Below are positions 49,696 through 61,290 of a stretch of 64,000 nt of DNA, piece by piece. Location of the stretch: positions 15,128,001 through 15,192,000 of the forward strand of contig JANJGN010000027.1 in the NCBI GenBank assembly GCA_026770705.1, written 5' to 3'. Source of the stretch: Isurus oxyrinchus (lineage: Eukaryota). The number at the start of each line of letters is the position of its first letter. Position 1 is the first letter of the stretch. The position numbers were made by a program, and so were the translations under genes. The notes below the pieces were generated by a model. It did no database searches. It worked only from the letters and a program-made list of their open reading frames with translations, and was not told the DNA's origin.

Positions 49696-52600
49696 AAGTA
49701 ACAGTCCAGTTTGGAAAGAACTCCTGTACGTGCCTGGTTATCCGTCCTGGTCCAATGTGCTGATGCATAACTGGGGGCGATTCTGGTGCTATAAGGTGAA
49801 TGAGACCTGAAGCAAATAAGAACATGGGCAGCAGAGTTTTGGGTGACCTCGAGTTGACAGATAGAGAACAGATAAACTGTTTTTTTAGTTAGGCTCGTTG
49901 TGGGATAAATATTGGCCAGGATACTGGGAAAACTCCCCAGCACTCATTCGAAATAGTGGTATGGGATCATTATCATCCACCTGAAAGGGCAGGCGGAGCC
50001 TTGTTTTAATGTCTCCTTGATAAGTTGGTGTCTCTGATGGCTCACTGCTGCATTGAAGTTTCCGCCTGGTTTTTATACTGATTTGGCTGAAGTGGGATTT
50101 GAACCTGCAACCCTTTACTCAGGTGAGAGTGCTGTCAGTGAGACAAAGCACAACAAATGCCATGAAGAGCATTACAATGGTGCCTCCTCCACATTCTCTT
50201 CACATCATCTCCCTCGATGGAGGACACTCTACCTTGTCCTTCACATTTGCAGTAAATGGCATTGTTTATTTTAAAATCAGTTACTACCTGTATTAAAATA
50301 GTGAATAATGAATTTCAAAAATGAGTTAAATGCTTGTATGTTTAATATTGCACACGCTCCAGAAATTTCCTCTGTGGTTGTCTCACTCTGCTGCCCTAAC
50401 CTTTGAACTGAAGGTTTGCAGTAAACAGGGTTTCTGTTGAAGTTCTTCCTAAATTATGGAGGTGGAGTAAGAGAAGCCTCAAGTAAATCCTTGGCGAGTT
50501 GTATCTCACTCCACTTTGGTCTTCAACATGGAAACATAGAAATGCCACCAACAGCTGAATATATCAAAGGAATATTAATATTATTAGTCATTTTTGAAAA
50601 TGTATAGTCTTGTTGGGATTTTTTGAAGTCCTCGTGGAAAGTCCTATTAAAGGAGATGGTACAAGCCCAGTTTTTATTTATATGATTGGTAATTCAATAA
50701 GATTGCAAGATCTCGTGTGTTTTCTTCCTGAGAAAGAAATGTTTTCGTAGGCAAGTTGATCGCGTTATATCTATTGAGAACTGAAGCCCTACTCAATCCC
50801 ACTGGTGATCTATTATCTTGGGCGCTGACAGATAGTGTAAGTTGCTGATGTCCTAGTTTTGCAGCAGAGGATGTTCCCTAACATTTCTATTCTGCACGGG
50901 TATTGGATAATCTAGTGGGCTTCCTGAGTTAAGAGTTTCAATTATTGCTGAATCAGGTCAGCATTGGGCTAAAGCCTTGAAGGAGTGAAGAGACTGCCAA
51001 TTCATTCCATGTGGGAAGCATGATGGATTTAAAACCAGGTCACATAAGTGATCATTATTTTTTTGCTCTTTCAATTCTGTTCCTTTGAATAGAAATGAAA
51101 ACTGCAGTTTCTATAACAGACAGCGGATTCCAAATGCCAGTTATTCACCAGGAGAGCGAGTCGAAAAATATACCCCACTGTGTGACTGTTTCTACTGGAG
51201 CCAGAGAGTTGAATTGAGCCTCACCCAGTCTGCAAATCCTCAATGAGCTTTGTTTTGGAAGAATTGAAAACATAATTGCGATTCAGTGAAAGCATGGTGG
51301 ACATCGCCTATTTCTACTCTCCCTGCTAACCACAGCATGATTCATTACTACATGATTAAGAACTCCAGAGATTAGAATTAAGAGCTTTGATGACTCTCAA
51401 ACCATTCCATTAATTTTTATCCTGATTTAGATAGAATCTTGCTAATTAGGTGCTGACGTCTTAACTGACGTGAGCTGTGTACATGATGTCCTGAATTTCA
51501 ATACAGAGCACATTTAGCCAAAATGAAAAGATCACTGTGCACCCTGCTTAATCCAGTATGTTTCTGTCAGTAGCTGTGCTATAAAATTATTTCAGAGAGG
51601 TATGCAATATATATTATATGTTGAACATTATTCAGTCTTTGATTATCTTGAATTCCCTCTGACTGTACAAAAATTACATTTTCACTGTAGGATAAAAAGA
51701 AATGGCATTTTTAATCCCTGCATTGTAATTATAGTACTGCCTGCTATAATATCAGAGCTCTTTTACAGGATACCACACAGCAGTGTGTATAGAGTGCATG
51801 CAGAGAATGGTTGAGACATACATACTGAAAATAAATGGAGCTATTTGCATAATGTACATTGGCCTAGAATTTGTATGGAGTCCAAACAAATTGGTATTGC
51901 CCTAATTAACATTGTATTTCACACATATTTCTTGCCTTATTACAGCTATGCATGGGTTACTCAGTAGTTTCAGGCTCCTGAATTGCCCATCTCTTACTTA
52001 ATAATACAAAACCAATTTGCAACAGCCTTATGTTAACAAAGCTATGTTCTATTTTTGTTACTGATTCCTGTGAAGGGAGCAAAATTGAAGGTTTTCCTAG
52101 AATTTCTTCTGTTTAGGACTCTGGGCTTGATTCTTTACATACTGAATGACTTTGGCATTTTTTCTTTACATTTTAACTTTTTTTGACAATGTTCTGTTGA
52201 TTTCTGAAGGTGAATGACTAAGTTTCCAAACTTGAAAGATTATTAAAAGGTCATTTTTTATTTTCCCTCATACTCTTGGGTGCCCTTCCTCCAGCCAAGT
52301 GATTTGGTGGGCAGCCTGCCCAAGGCCTGTTTGAATGCCACTGCGTGACCAGCCTTTCTAAAGTAGCCTAGGATGACTCGGCCTCCAATTTTTTATCCTC
52401 CCTCCTGCAGAAGTATCTGGCTTTCATTCGGCATATCCCTATCCTCTGTCTTAAGATTGGGAATCCACTACGAGGGGAATGGCAGATATGGTCCCAAGTC
52501 TTAACACGCTATGAATCAGTATCTTACATAGCACCACTGCATTTTGGAACAATAACATGCTAATTATCATTCTGATTTTACTCTACTTTAGTCTTGGACT

Positions 52601-53647
52601 GCACACCAAAATATCTGATCCTTCCTAACCTTATAGGATCTAAGAGACTTTTCTCTTGGGAGCAAATTACCATCTGGTAATTATCATACAGAAGGCAATG
52701 GCTGCCACAAAATAATTTGAATAATGACACAAGGGAATTCTGAGAGTGCTTGGGCCAAAGGTGTGACCAATGGTGAAGTGAGTGTGAGAAGCCTAGCCTG
52801 TCAAGCTTGCGGCTGCAATCCTGTTTCAAGGCAAGTACGCTGTAGCCGCATTGGAGCACAGGTAAGGTGTCCCTCAGCTGTGGTGGCCTGGGGCATGTTA
52901 GGAAATTGCAAACCAATTGATTGAGGTTTCACTAAAAGCTACAACAATGATGTTTGAGCACCTTGTCAGAACATATGTTCATGCTTTAGAACAAGCTGTA
53001 TGTCAGTGGTAACCAGGGCCACAGATCGTCCTGACTCTACCAGTGCTCAATGTGTTTCCCTTAATAACTGCAGATCCCATAAGAGCTCAAATTCAGTGTC
53101 ATGTCCTCTTCTTGTCCTCGTTCGTCCAAAACAGCAAGGTAATGGTGGGAAGCGCAGTTACCCCAGCATCCACTGCACAAGTGAATGTCAATTAATCAAC
53201 GCAATCGTTTCCAAAGTGCCCAACCTCAGTGACCCTTCCCTTGGCAATTGTCGAGCTGGCATATGAAATTTGCCTCCGTTGAAGATTTTCATGGGTTATG
53301 ATGTGTTAACTTTATGAATAGATGCTGTCAAGCTTGGGTTTTAAACTGTGTGGATTGTAGCAACTCAAGAAAGAAAGCAGTCCCAGAGTTTAGAGCTTGG
53401 AAAGTATGCATTGGAATTGGAGACAGTGCAATGTCTTTGAAGACAGAGAAAAAAAAGGGAAGAGAAAGAACACATTGGACAGTGCATCTAGGCCTTAGGA
53501 GCATCTATTTTACTATCAACAATGAAAGAGATGAATGATTGTAATGGAAAAGGTTAGAAACAAAGATGAGAAAAAGGTCATCTATAGGGTGGCCAAACTG
53601 TTCTGAATGTACCTGGCAGGATTGCCAGTGAGTACAATATCTTGTAT

Positions 53648-54058
53648 TGGCACCCCATTCACAAACGTTCACTCCCTCCTTCATTGACGCGCAGTAGCAA
53701 CAGTGTGTACCATCTACAAGATGCACTACAGGAACTCACCAAGGCTCCTTTGACAGCATCTTCCAAACCCATCTAATGCCACCATCTAGAAGGGCCAGGG
53801 CAGCATACACATGGGTATACCACTACCTGCATGTTCCCCTCCAAGTCACTCACCATCCTGACTTGGAAATATATCACCATTCCTTCACTGTCGCTGGGTC
53901 AAAATCCTGGAACTCCCTCCCTAACAGCACTGTGGGTGTGCCAACATCGCATGGACTGCAGCAATTCAAGAAGGCAGCTCACCACCTTCTCAAGGGCAAT
54001 TAGGAATGGGCAATAAATGCTGGCCTAGCCAGCAAAGCCACATCTCCATGAATGAAGA
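53648..54058 (+). mobile_element. HER1-type LINE 3' fragment
   Basis: Colinear with 14845-15256. Confidence 0.88.
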
Positions 54059-54495
54059 GGGAAATAATCCATCCTACGCCCTTATACAGAATGGAGGTCA
54101 AATTTCTCTTGACAATAATGTAATGAAAAAGTCAACACGAACAATAAACAGGATTTCCCATTTCATACTCATTCCCAACTCTTTCCCATAAAATTGTTAG
54201 AAAGAGGAATTTTTGCCTTCTGTGTAAATTATGAGCACTGCCTGACTCGGGAGCAACCATTTTAATAAATAGCCGTTCGTCTCGGCACAGTTAGATTGTA
54301 GTATATGGTTTATTTTGGAAATTACCTAGATGGTTTCAATGGAAATGCTTCTGTTGTTTGATATTATTAGAATAGACCAATTCCTGGCATTTTATATTGA
54401 GCACCTGAGGCATCAAAACCTAAGATTAGCAAATAACGAGTCAATTCAGGCTGTGGGCCTGGTAATTAGCTAGCCGGAGCTCAGCCTGAGTTTAC

Positions 54496-55420
54496 CACAG
54501 AAGGTGCAACACCTGCCCCTTTACTTCCCCTCTCCTCACCGTCCAAGGGCCCAAACACTCCTTTCAAGTGAAGCAGCATTTCACTTGCACTTCCCTCAAT
54601 TTAGTCTACTGCATTCGCTGCTCCCAATGCGGTTTCCTGTACATTGGAGAGACCAAACGCAGACTGGGTGACCGCTTTGCGGAACACCTTCGGTCTGTCC
54701 GCAAGCATTACCCAGACCTCCCTGTCGCTTGCCATTTTAACACACCACTCTGCTCTCATGCCCACATGTCCGTCCTTGGCCTGCTGCAATGTTCCAGTGA
54801 AGCTCAACGCAAACTGGAGGAACAGCACCTCATCTTCCGACTAGGCACCTTACAGCCTTCCAGACTGAATATTGAGTTCAACAATTTTAGATCATGAGCT
54901 CTCTCCTCCATCCCCACCCCCTTTCCAATTCCCCCCTTTTTTTCCAATAATTTATATAGATTTTTCTTTTCCCACCTATTTCCATTATTTTTAAATGTAT
55001 TTCCATCCATTGTTTTATCTGTACCTTTTAGCCTATTTCGATCCCTTCCCCCAACCCCACCCCACCCCCACTAGGGCTATCTGTACCTTGCTCGTCCTGC
55101 TTTCTACCCTTAATTAGCACATTCCTTAGATAATATCACCAGCTTCAACACCTCTGTCCTTTTGCCTGTGACATCTTATGACAATCTTCACCTATCACTG
55201 GCCGTCTATCCAGCTCTACCGCCCCCCCACCCCACCCCACCCCTTAAACCAGCTTATATTTCACCTCTTTTCTATTTTTACTTAGTTCTGTTGAAGAGTC
55301 ATACGGACTCGAAACGTTAACTGTGTTCGTCTCCGCCCATGCTGTCAGACCTGCTGAGTTTTTCCAGGTATTTTTATTTTTGTTTTGGATTTCCAGCATC
55401 CACAGTTTTTTGCTTTTATT
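54496..55420 (+). mobile_element. 5'-truncated Penelope-like element: GIY-YIG endonuclease domain plus 3' terminal region
   Basis: Open frame 54496-54897 RCNTC...FTCTSLNLVYCIRCSQCGFLYIGETKRRLGDRFAEH...HFN...RKLEEQHLIFRLGTLQPSRLN. Confidence 0.93.
55283..55323 (+). ncRNA. Minimal type I hammerhead motif (family A) with variant core CUGUUGA
   Basis: tagtt-CTGTTGA-a-gagtc atacg gactc-GAAA-cgt-t-aactg; stem I tagtt/aactg; palindromic ACGT stem III. Confidence 0.7.
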
Positions 55421-55849
55421 TCATTAGAATTCCCTTGTTGAGGTATTTGGTCAGGGCCCTAACAAGGATTTTCTTCGGGAGAGACTGGGCTCAAAGGATT
55501 TCAGGACAATTTATCTGAAGGAGAGTGGGTTGTGGGACACCCTATTTGACAGGAAGGGGAAAAAATTGCTATAAGCCAGGAGAATAGCATAGAATCCCTT
55601 TGAGTAAGTGATAGTTATGAAACTCACCATGAGCTGATCCAGGAGGTGAGGGTGATACCAGGGGCAACCTTGATGGGAATGAGCAAGCGGATAAAAGCAT
55701 CCAAAAGAGAAGAGAAATGTAACGTGCTAGGAATGAAAATAGCACCCAAACAAATGGAAACGTCATCAAAACCTATTCTAAAATCATATGCTGATTTGAA
55801 TAAATATGTTAATTCTCCAATAATGTGTTGCCATGTTACTGTCATTTAG

Positions 55850-55948
55850 GCTGCAGTGATGGACCTGGTGAATGAAGATAAGGTAAAGGGCCTCCAGACT
55901 CCAATCTGGGACAAGTATCTGGAGTTATTGTCAAACGCTGGTTCTGCG
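55850..55948 (+). CDS. FUOM: Fucose mutarotase, coding exon 4 (remaining exons not found in window)
   Basis: gtcatttag acceptor, gtaagt donor; 99 nt, phase 0; AAVMDLVNEDKVKGLQTPIWDKYLELLSNAGSA, resembles vertebrate FUOM AAVMELVPSDKERGLQTPVW. Confidence 0.95.
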
Positions 55949-56091
55949 GTAAGTAATGCAGCTCACCATGCCCATATTAAGACCCCAAACACTCCTATAT
56001 CCTTTCCTTCTTTGTGCCAATGCATTTACAGTGTTTCCTGTAACTAAATAAAGGAGGAGCCAGGAGCAGCGTATACATCCGGTAGTCAATC

Positions 56092-56898
56092 ATTTTTAAA
56101 ACTCATTCATGTGATGTGAGCATCGCTGGCAGAGCCAATGTTTCTCGCGGGTTTTTTTTAATTCGTTCATGGTATGTGGGTGTCGCTGGCTAGGCCAGCA
56201 TTTATTGCCCATCCCTAAGAGCCCTTGTTCAGAGGGCATTTAAGAGTCAACCACATTGCTGTGGGTCTGGAGTCATACGTAGACCAGACCAGGTAAGGAC
56301 AGCAGATTTCCTCCCCTAAAGGTCATTAGTGAACCAGGTGGGTGTTTACAACAATTGACAATGGTTTCATTGTCATCATCAGACTTTTAATTCCAGATTT
56401 TTATTGAATTCAAGTTTCACCATTTGGTGTAGTGGGATTCAAACCCAGGTTCCCAGAGCATTATCCTGGGTCTACAGAGTACTATTCCAGTGACAATACC
56501 ATTATGGTACTGCCTCCTCTAGCTGCTTACCCCTAACTGCCCTGGAGAAGGTGGTGGTGAGCTGCCTTCTTAAACTGCTGCAGTCCGTGTGGTGTAAGTA
56601 CACCCACACTGCTGTTATGCAGGAAGTTCCATGATTTTGACCCAGCGATGATGGAGGAACGATGAATATAGTTCCGTGTCAGGGATGGTGTGTGGCTTGG
56701 AGAGGAACTTGCAAGTGATGGTGTTCCCATGTGCCTGCTGCCTTTCTCCTTCTAGGTGATAGAGGTCAGGAGTTTGGAAGGTGCTGTCGAAGAAGTTTCA
56801 GCAAGTTGCTGTAATGCATCATGTAGATGGCGCACAGTGTTGCCATTGTGCTTTGGTGGTGGAGAGAGTGAATGTTTAAGATTGGATGGGTGCCAATC
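56092..56898 (-). mobile_element. HER1-type LINE 3' end with a full HE1 SINE (56151-56518) inserted in its tail
   Basis: Two successive tails at 56092 and 56151; HE1 head ends ~56518; HER1 resumes cccctaactgccctggagaagg. Confidence 0.85.
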
Positions 56899-57492
56899 AT
56901 GTTATGAGTATCATTAGTAAGTGAAAATATAATGTAAAATGAGCATGAATGAAATAGCTGCAGCCTATTCATTATACTGTTTGGAACAATATATTGAATG
57001 CACAATATATAACATATAATATGTCTTAGAAGAGAAAATAAATTATACCTAGTTTAGTAATATGAAATAGGTCAATTTTAAAACCGGGTTCATTTACAAA
57101 AAATCAACTTAGAAAATAAACCAGAAGTGCTTTGGGCAAGTAGAAGAGTCACCTCTGCAAAGGTTTATTCTTGGCACAGAGCCTCACTTGGAACCAGAGA
57201 TTGGAGAATCAAGTGCAGAAGGCAGCTTAAAGAGTGTGCATGTGTGTCTGCACGTGTGCATGTATGCTTGATAGGATATAAGGGAACTGGAACACCATTG
57301 CAATGTATCTGAGTTATTCATCTTAAAATAATCTAATGGGCAGCTGGGTTTGGAATGGGCATATTATGTTGATGGAGCAGGTGTTCTGTTCTACTGTTGG
57401 AGGTTAAGGCATATTGCAGGGCAAAGTAGAGGGTGCTTTGCCTTCTACCACTGCCCTGCACGATATAACTGACTTGATGGCTATTGATATAT

Positions 57493-58818
57493 GGGCCTGA
57501 ATTTTCATCCTCCAGGTGGTAGTGGGAATCAGGAAAATTCCTGTCTCGGCCTGGCAGCACTGGCAAAGGTGCCTGCAAGAATGGGATTTTCATTGTGGGG
57601 AAGCGAGTACAGGTTGCAGTCAGTCCAGCTGATTCTGGAAAGGGTTCGGCAGCAGCCAAAGGGGTTGCCAGGTACAGAGACACGCTGTTTAAAAGGCCTG
57701 CCTCAATGCTGTGGGACTTCATCCTAGTTAGAATAAAAACAGAAAGGCTCTCCAGCCCTCACCCCTCACACCCTCTCACCACTCCCTTACACACACTCCC
57801 CATTCCCCATCCATGCCACTTCATGCCTCCCACCCACTCCCCATGGCCCCTCATGTTTCCTATGCACTTCCATGCTTATTCACCCAATATATACTGTACA
57901 GAAGCAATGAACCCCAATAATAAAAATAAGAAGTGTAAAAAAAAACTTTAAAAAAAATCATTCATTCATAAAAATAGCCCAATAAAAGTGCTAACCATCC
58001 AGATCTGTAAGTATCAATTAGCAGAAATGCAAGCATCTGCAACTTCTTTATTAGGTGTTTTAGTACTCAAATGGATGTCTGGGCTCTCAGCCAAGAATAC
58101 ATAATCAGGCTTGGCTGCCAGACCTGAAACCCATTAGTCTGTTGAAATACCTGAGCCCCGGAAAAAGCATTGCTTGGTTGATATCTCTTGCTCTCTGATC
58201 TTTTCTGTCAATTTCACAACGTTTATTTATACAAGATAAAGAGATTTCAAATGCTTGAAGTTTCTGTATTGAAACTTTAAAGGGTCTGGATGATTGACAC
58301 TTTTATTGGGTTGTAGTAAAAGCTATTTTTATGAATCAGTGACCTTTTTTAAAGCCTTTTTTTAACACATCCTACTGTCACTGTAGGGTTCATTACTTCT
58401 ACACAGAGTATTGTGGTGAATGAGCATGGAACTGCCATAGCTTGGCATGGGGGCCATGAGGGGGCATAGGGGCTGTTTAGGGGGGCATACTTAGCATAGG
58501 GGGCATGAAGGGGACCTTTTGAATTTACCTTTCAATGGTTCCCTCATGCAGACTAGGTTCATGATACCACGGAGGTGCTGTGAACCATGACTCTTTGAAA
58601 AGCTGGCCCGACTCCATGAAATTGCGGAGCGATAGGACATGCCAATGCCCACAATGGAGCTGGCCAGACCGGGAGTGCAGAGTGTGGGCTCGTGACCCGA
58701 ACCAACCTGCACTCTTGAAAATCGGAAACCCTGGGGAAGGGGTTGGGAATCCCAGAATTGGGACCTGCCTGACATTTTTAGAAGGTTCCTGAGTCATCCT
58801 GGCTTGGTGAAAATTCAC
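57493..58818. mobile_element. ~1.3-kb non-autonomous TIR element, copy B, with long internal inverted repeat
   Basis: gggcctgaatttt / aaaattcac; arms ~57830-58050 and ~58240-58470 are reverse complements. Confidence 0.75.
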
Positions 58819-58959
58819 AATGTGATAGCAAGATACTAAAAGCATTTTATTCCTTATGCTTGATGAAGACCAAAGAGAATCCCCTCTCCAAATTATTATT
58901 GAAATACACCTTTTTTTTTAAAACTTTCTTTCCTTCTGTCCTTCCTTCTTGCTCATGTC

Positions 58960-59280
58960 GCACCACATCCACTGCTTGTGTCCACCTGACAACTCTCTAA
59001 GATCTCTGTGCCCCTCTAATTCTGGCCTCTTGTGATGTCTGATTTCCTTTGTTCCCTATTGGCAGCTGCGCCTTCAACTGCCTTGGCCCTGAGCTCTGGA
59101 GCTTCCTTCCGGAACCCTCACCACCTCTCTCTCTCTGTCTCTCCCACCTTCAAGACATGCCCTAAAACCTATGTCATTTTCCCAATATCTCCTAAGGTGG
59201 CTCAGTGTCAAATCTTATTTACTTGTGCTTGGGGACATTTTACTATTTGCCACACAAATGCAAGCTATGGTTATTGATTG
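58960..59280 (+). mobile_element. L2-like LINE 3' fragment
   Basis: tgccttcaactgccttggccctgagctctggagcttccttcc...cttggggacattttactat. Confidence 0.6.
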
Positions 59281-59465
59281 TCATGCAGTGACCCCTACGT
59301 TCTTACATCAAGTAAAGGCAGGACTGAGCTAACCTGTGATGCACACAGTGATTAACTAACCTGCCAACATTCCCTGACAAGGGTCAGCAATGGGGCTTAG
59401 AAGAGATATTTGCATGGTGACTGATGCTCATTTAACTTAGACAAGCAAGGAATCAGCATTTCCAT

Positions 59466-59750
59466 TTAACTTGAATATTGCTGGAAAAAAGAGACATTTG
59501 TGGAAGCTTTTTCTCTTGCATTCATCGGGCCAATTTGCAGGAATACCAGTATAAGGGAAACAACAAATTTATACTGTATGAGAAGAGAGCACTGTTTGGT
59601 TGGCAAGTGGACTCTGATTGGTAGAGGCGTTTCCATTGAGATTGCACCAGCTGATGGTGATTGACCATTAACTGCCAAGCATTATATGAAACTTATACCA
59701 GGCAACTTGACTCTGATTGGTTTAGGCATTGCCCTGAGGAATGAACCAGC
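59466..59750 (-). mobile_element. Longest family-B Penelope-type terminal unit; decayed hammerhead, two CCAAT boxes
   Basis: Colinear with 42087-42215; gactctgattgg occurs twice (~59610, ~59710); core mutated to CCGATGA. Confidence 0.7.
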
Positions 59751-60789
59751 AATTCATACAAGGAAAAGAAAATTGGTGAGACTAAGATGAGAGTTTTACC
59801 CATTTTTTTAAAAAATGGACTGTTGACTTTGAACTGTTTTCTGTCATTGTGATTCTTTTTTAATTAAATATTTATTCTCTTCTCTGTCTTCCATGCCAAC
59901 ATAACACCAATGTCTGCTTAAGTTAAAAAGAATATGACACTGTTTTTTGACAGTAGTTATGTAGTAGAGAATTACTGAAATGTAACAAGGCTGACCCAGG
60001 ACAAGTGTTCCAAATGAATAATGATTTATCTGCATCTATATACACTCTCATTTAATATCTGAGCCAAGTTTTAATGATTGATGTAATTCCCCGCTTTTTG
60101 TAATGCATTCATACAATTGTTTATCCTGTCTGAACTGGATAGAGCAAAATCATACTGCTTGAAACATAACAATCACAGTGCTCTTAATAAAAGTACTTGC
60201 AATGGAGCCTATTTTAAAATGGACCTTCAGGGATCTCTATAGCTATAGCGACAGAGTGTTGAAATTCCAATTACAGAACCTTGGCAGACGGTCACACTAT
60301 GTCCCGACCCTTAGGGGCTGTGTAATGCAAGGCTGCCAGTATATGTACTTGCCAGGTCTGGATGTCTGTCCATTGTAAAATTGCATATTTCATGATTATT
60401 CTCTCTTCCTACCCTTAAAATTCAGATATGTTGAATTTTGTGGATTTTTCCAATGACATTGTGGTGTGAGGGACAGTGAATACTCTGCTTGTGGAGGAAT
60501 TCCTTCACCGTGATTTTCTTTGTTGCTCTGGGCCTGGCTGGTGCTGGGGCACAGTTCCACAGGTGCGGACTGGTCTAATGAGCTGTTCTTCATGTCTGAC
60601 CCCAGTGAGCGGGTATTGGACTGTGGAGGACATCACAGCTGAGCCGCTCCTTTTATTCATCTGAAGTCCAGACATGAGAACTTTTCAATTAGGAATCAGG
60701 AGCAGGAATCCTTCTTGTTCCTTTCCCTTTTTTAAAATCAAGCCCAGGGTTATTGAAGTAAATTATACCATGTGTTGTAGTTTACTGCT

Positions 60790-61290
60790 CCTGGATGAAG
60801 TAACGACTGTTATCAGAATTTACCAGGTTTATCAGAATGGTTCCAGGGATGAGGGATTTTAGCTACAAGGTTCGATTGGAGAAGCTGGGCTTTTCCCCCT
60901 TGGAACAAAGGAGGTTGAGGGGAGATTTGATGGAGGTGTGTAAGATTCAGACATGTTTAGATAAGGTAGATGAAGAAAGCTGTTCCTGTTAGCTGATGGT
61001 ACAAGCCCCAGAGGACACAGATTGAAGGTTTTGGGCAACAGACGCAGGGGGAATGTGAGAGAGAAATTTCTTATGCAACGAGTGGTAATGACCTGGAATC
61101 CACTGCCTACGAGGCTGGTCGAAGCAGAGTTGATGAATGATTTAACAGGAACTTGGATAGATATTTGAGGAAAATAAATTTTCTGGGCTACAGGGATACA
61201 CAGGGGAATGGGACTGATAGATTGTCCTACAAAGAGCTGACATGGACTCGATGGGCCGAATGACCTTCTTTAGTGCCATAACGACTTTAT
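60790..61290 (+). mobile_element. CR1 LINE 3' fragment
   Basis: gagaagctgggcttttcccccttggaacaaaggaggttgaggggagatttgat...gatgggccgaatgacc. Confidence 0.85.

Noticed and set aside
52724-53266. Cys-rich short ORFs as a nested gene
   Set aside because: No recognisable domain or consistent splice structure
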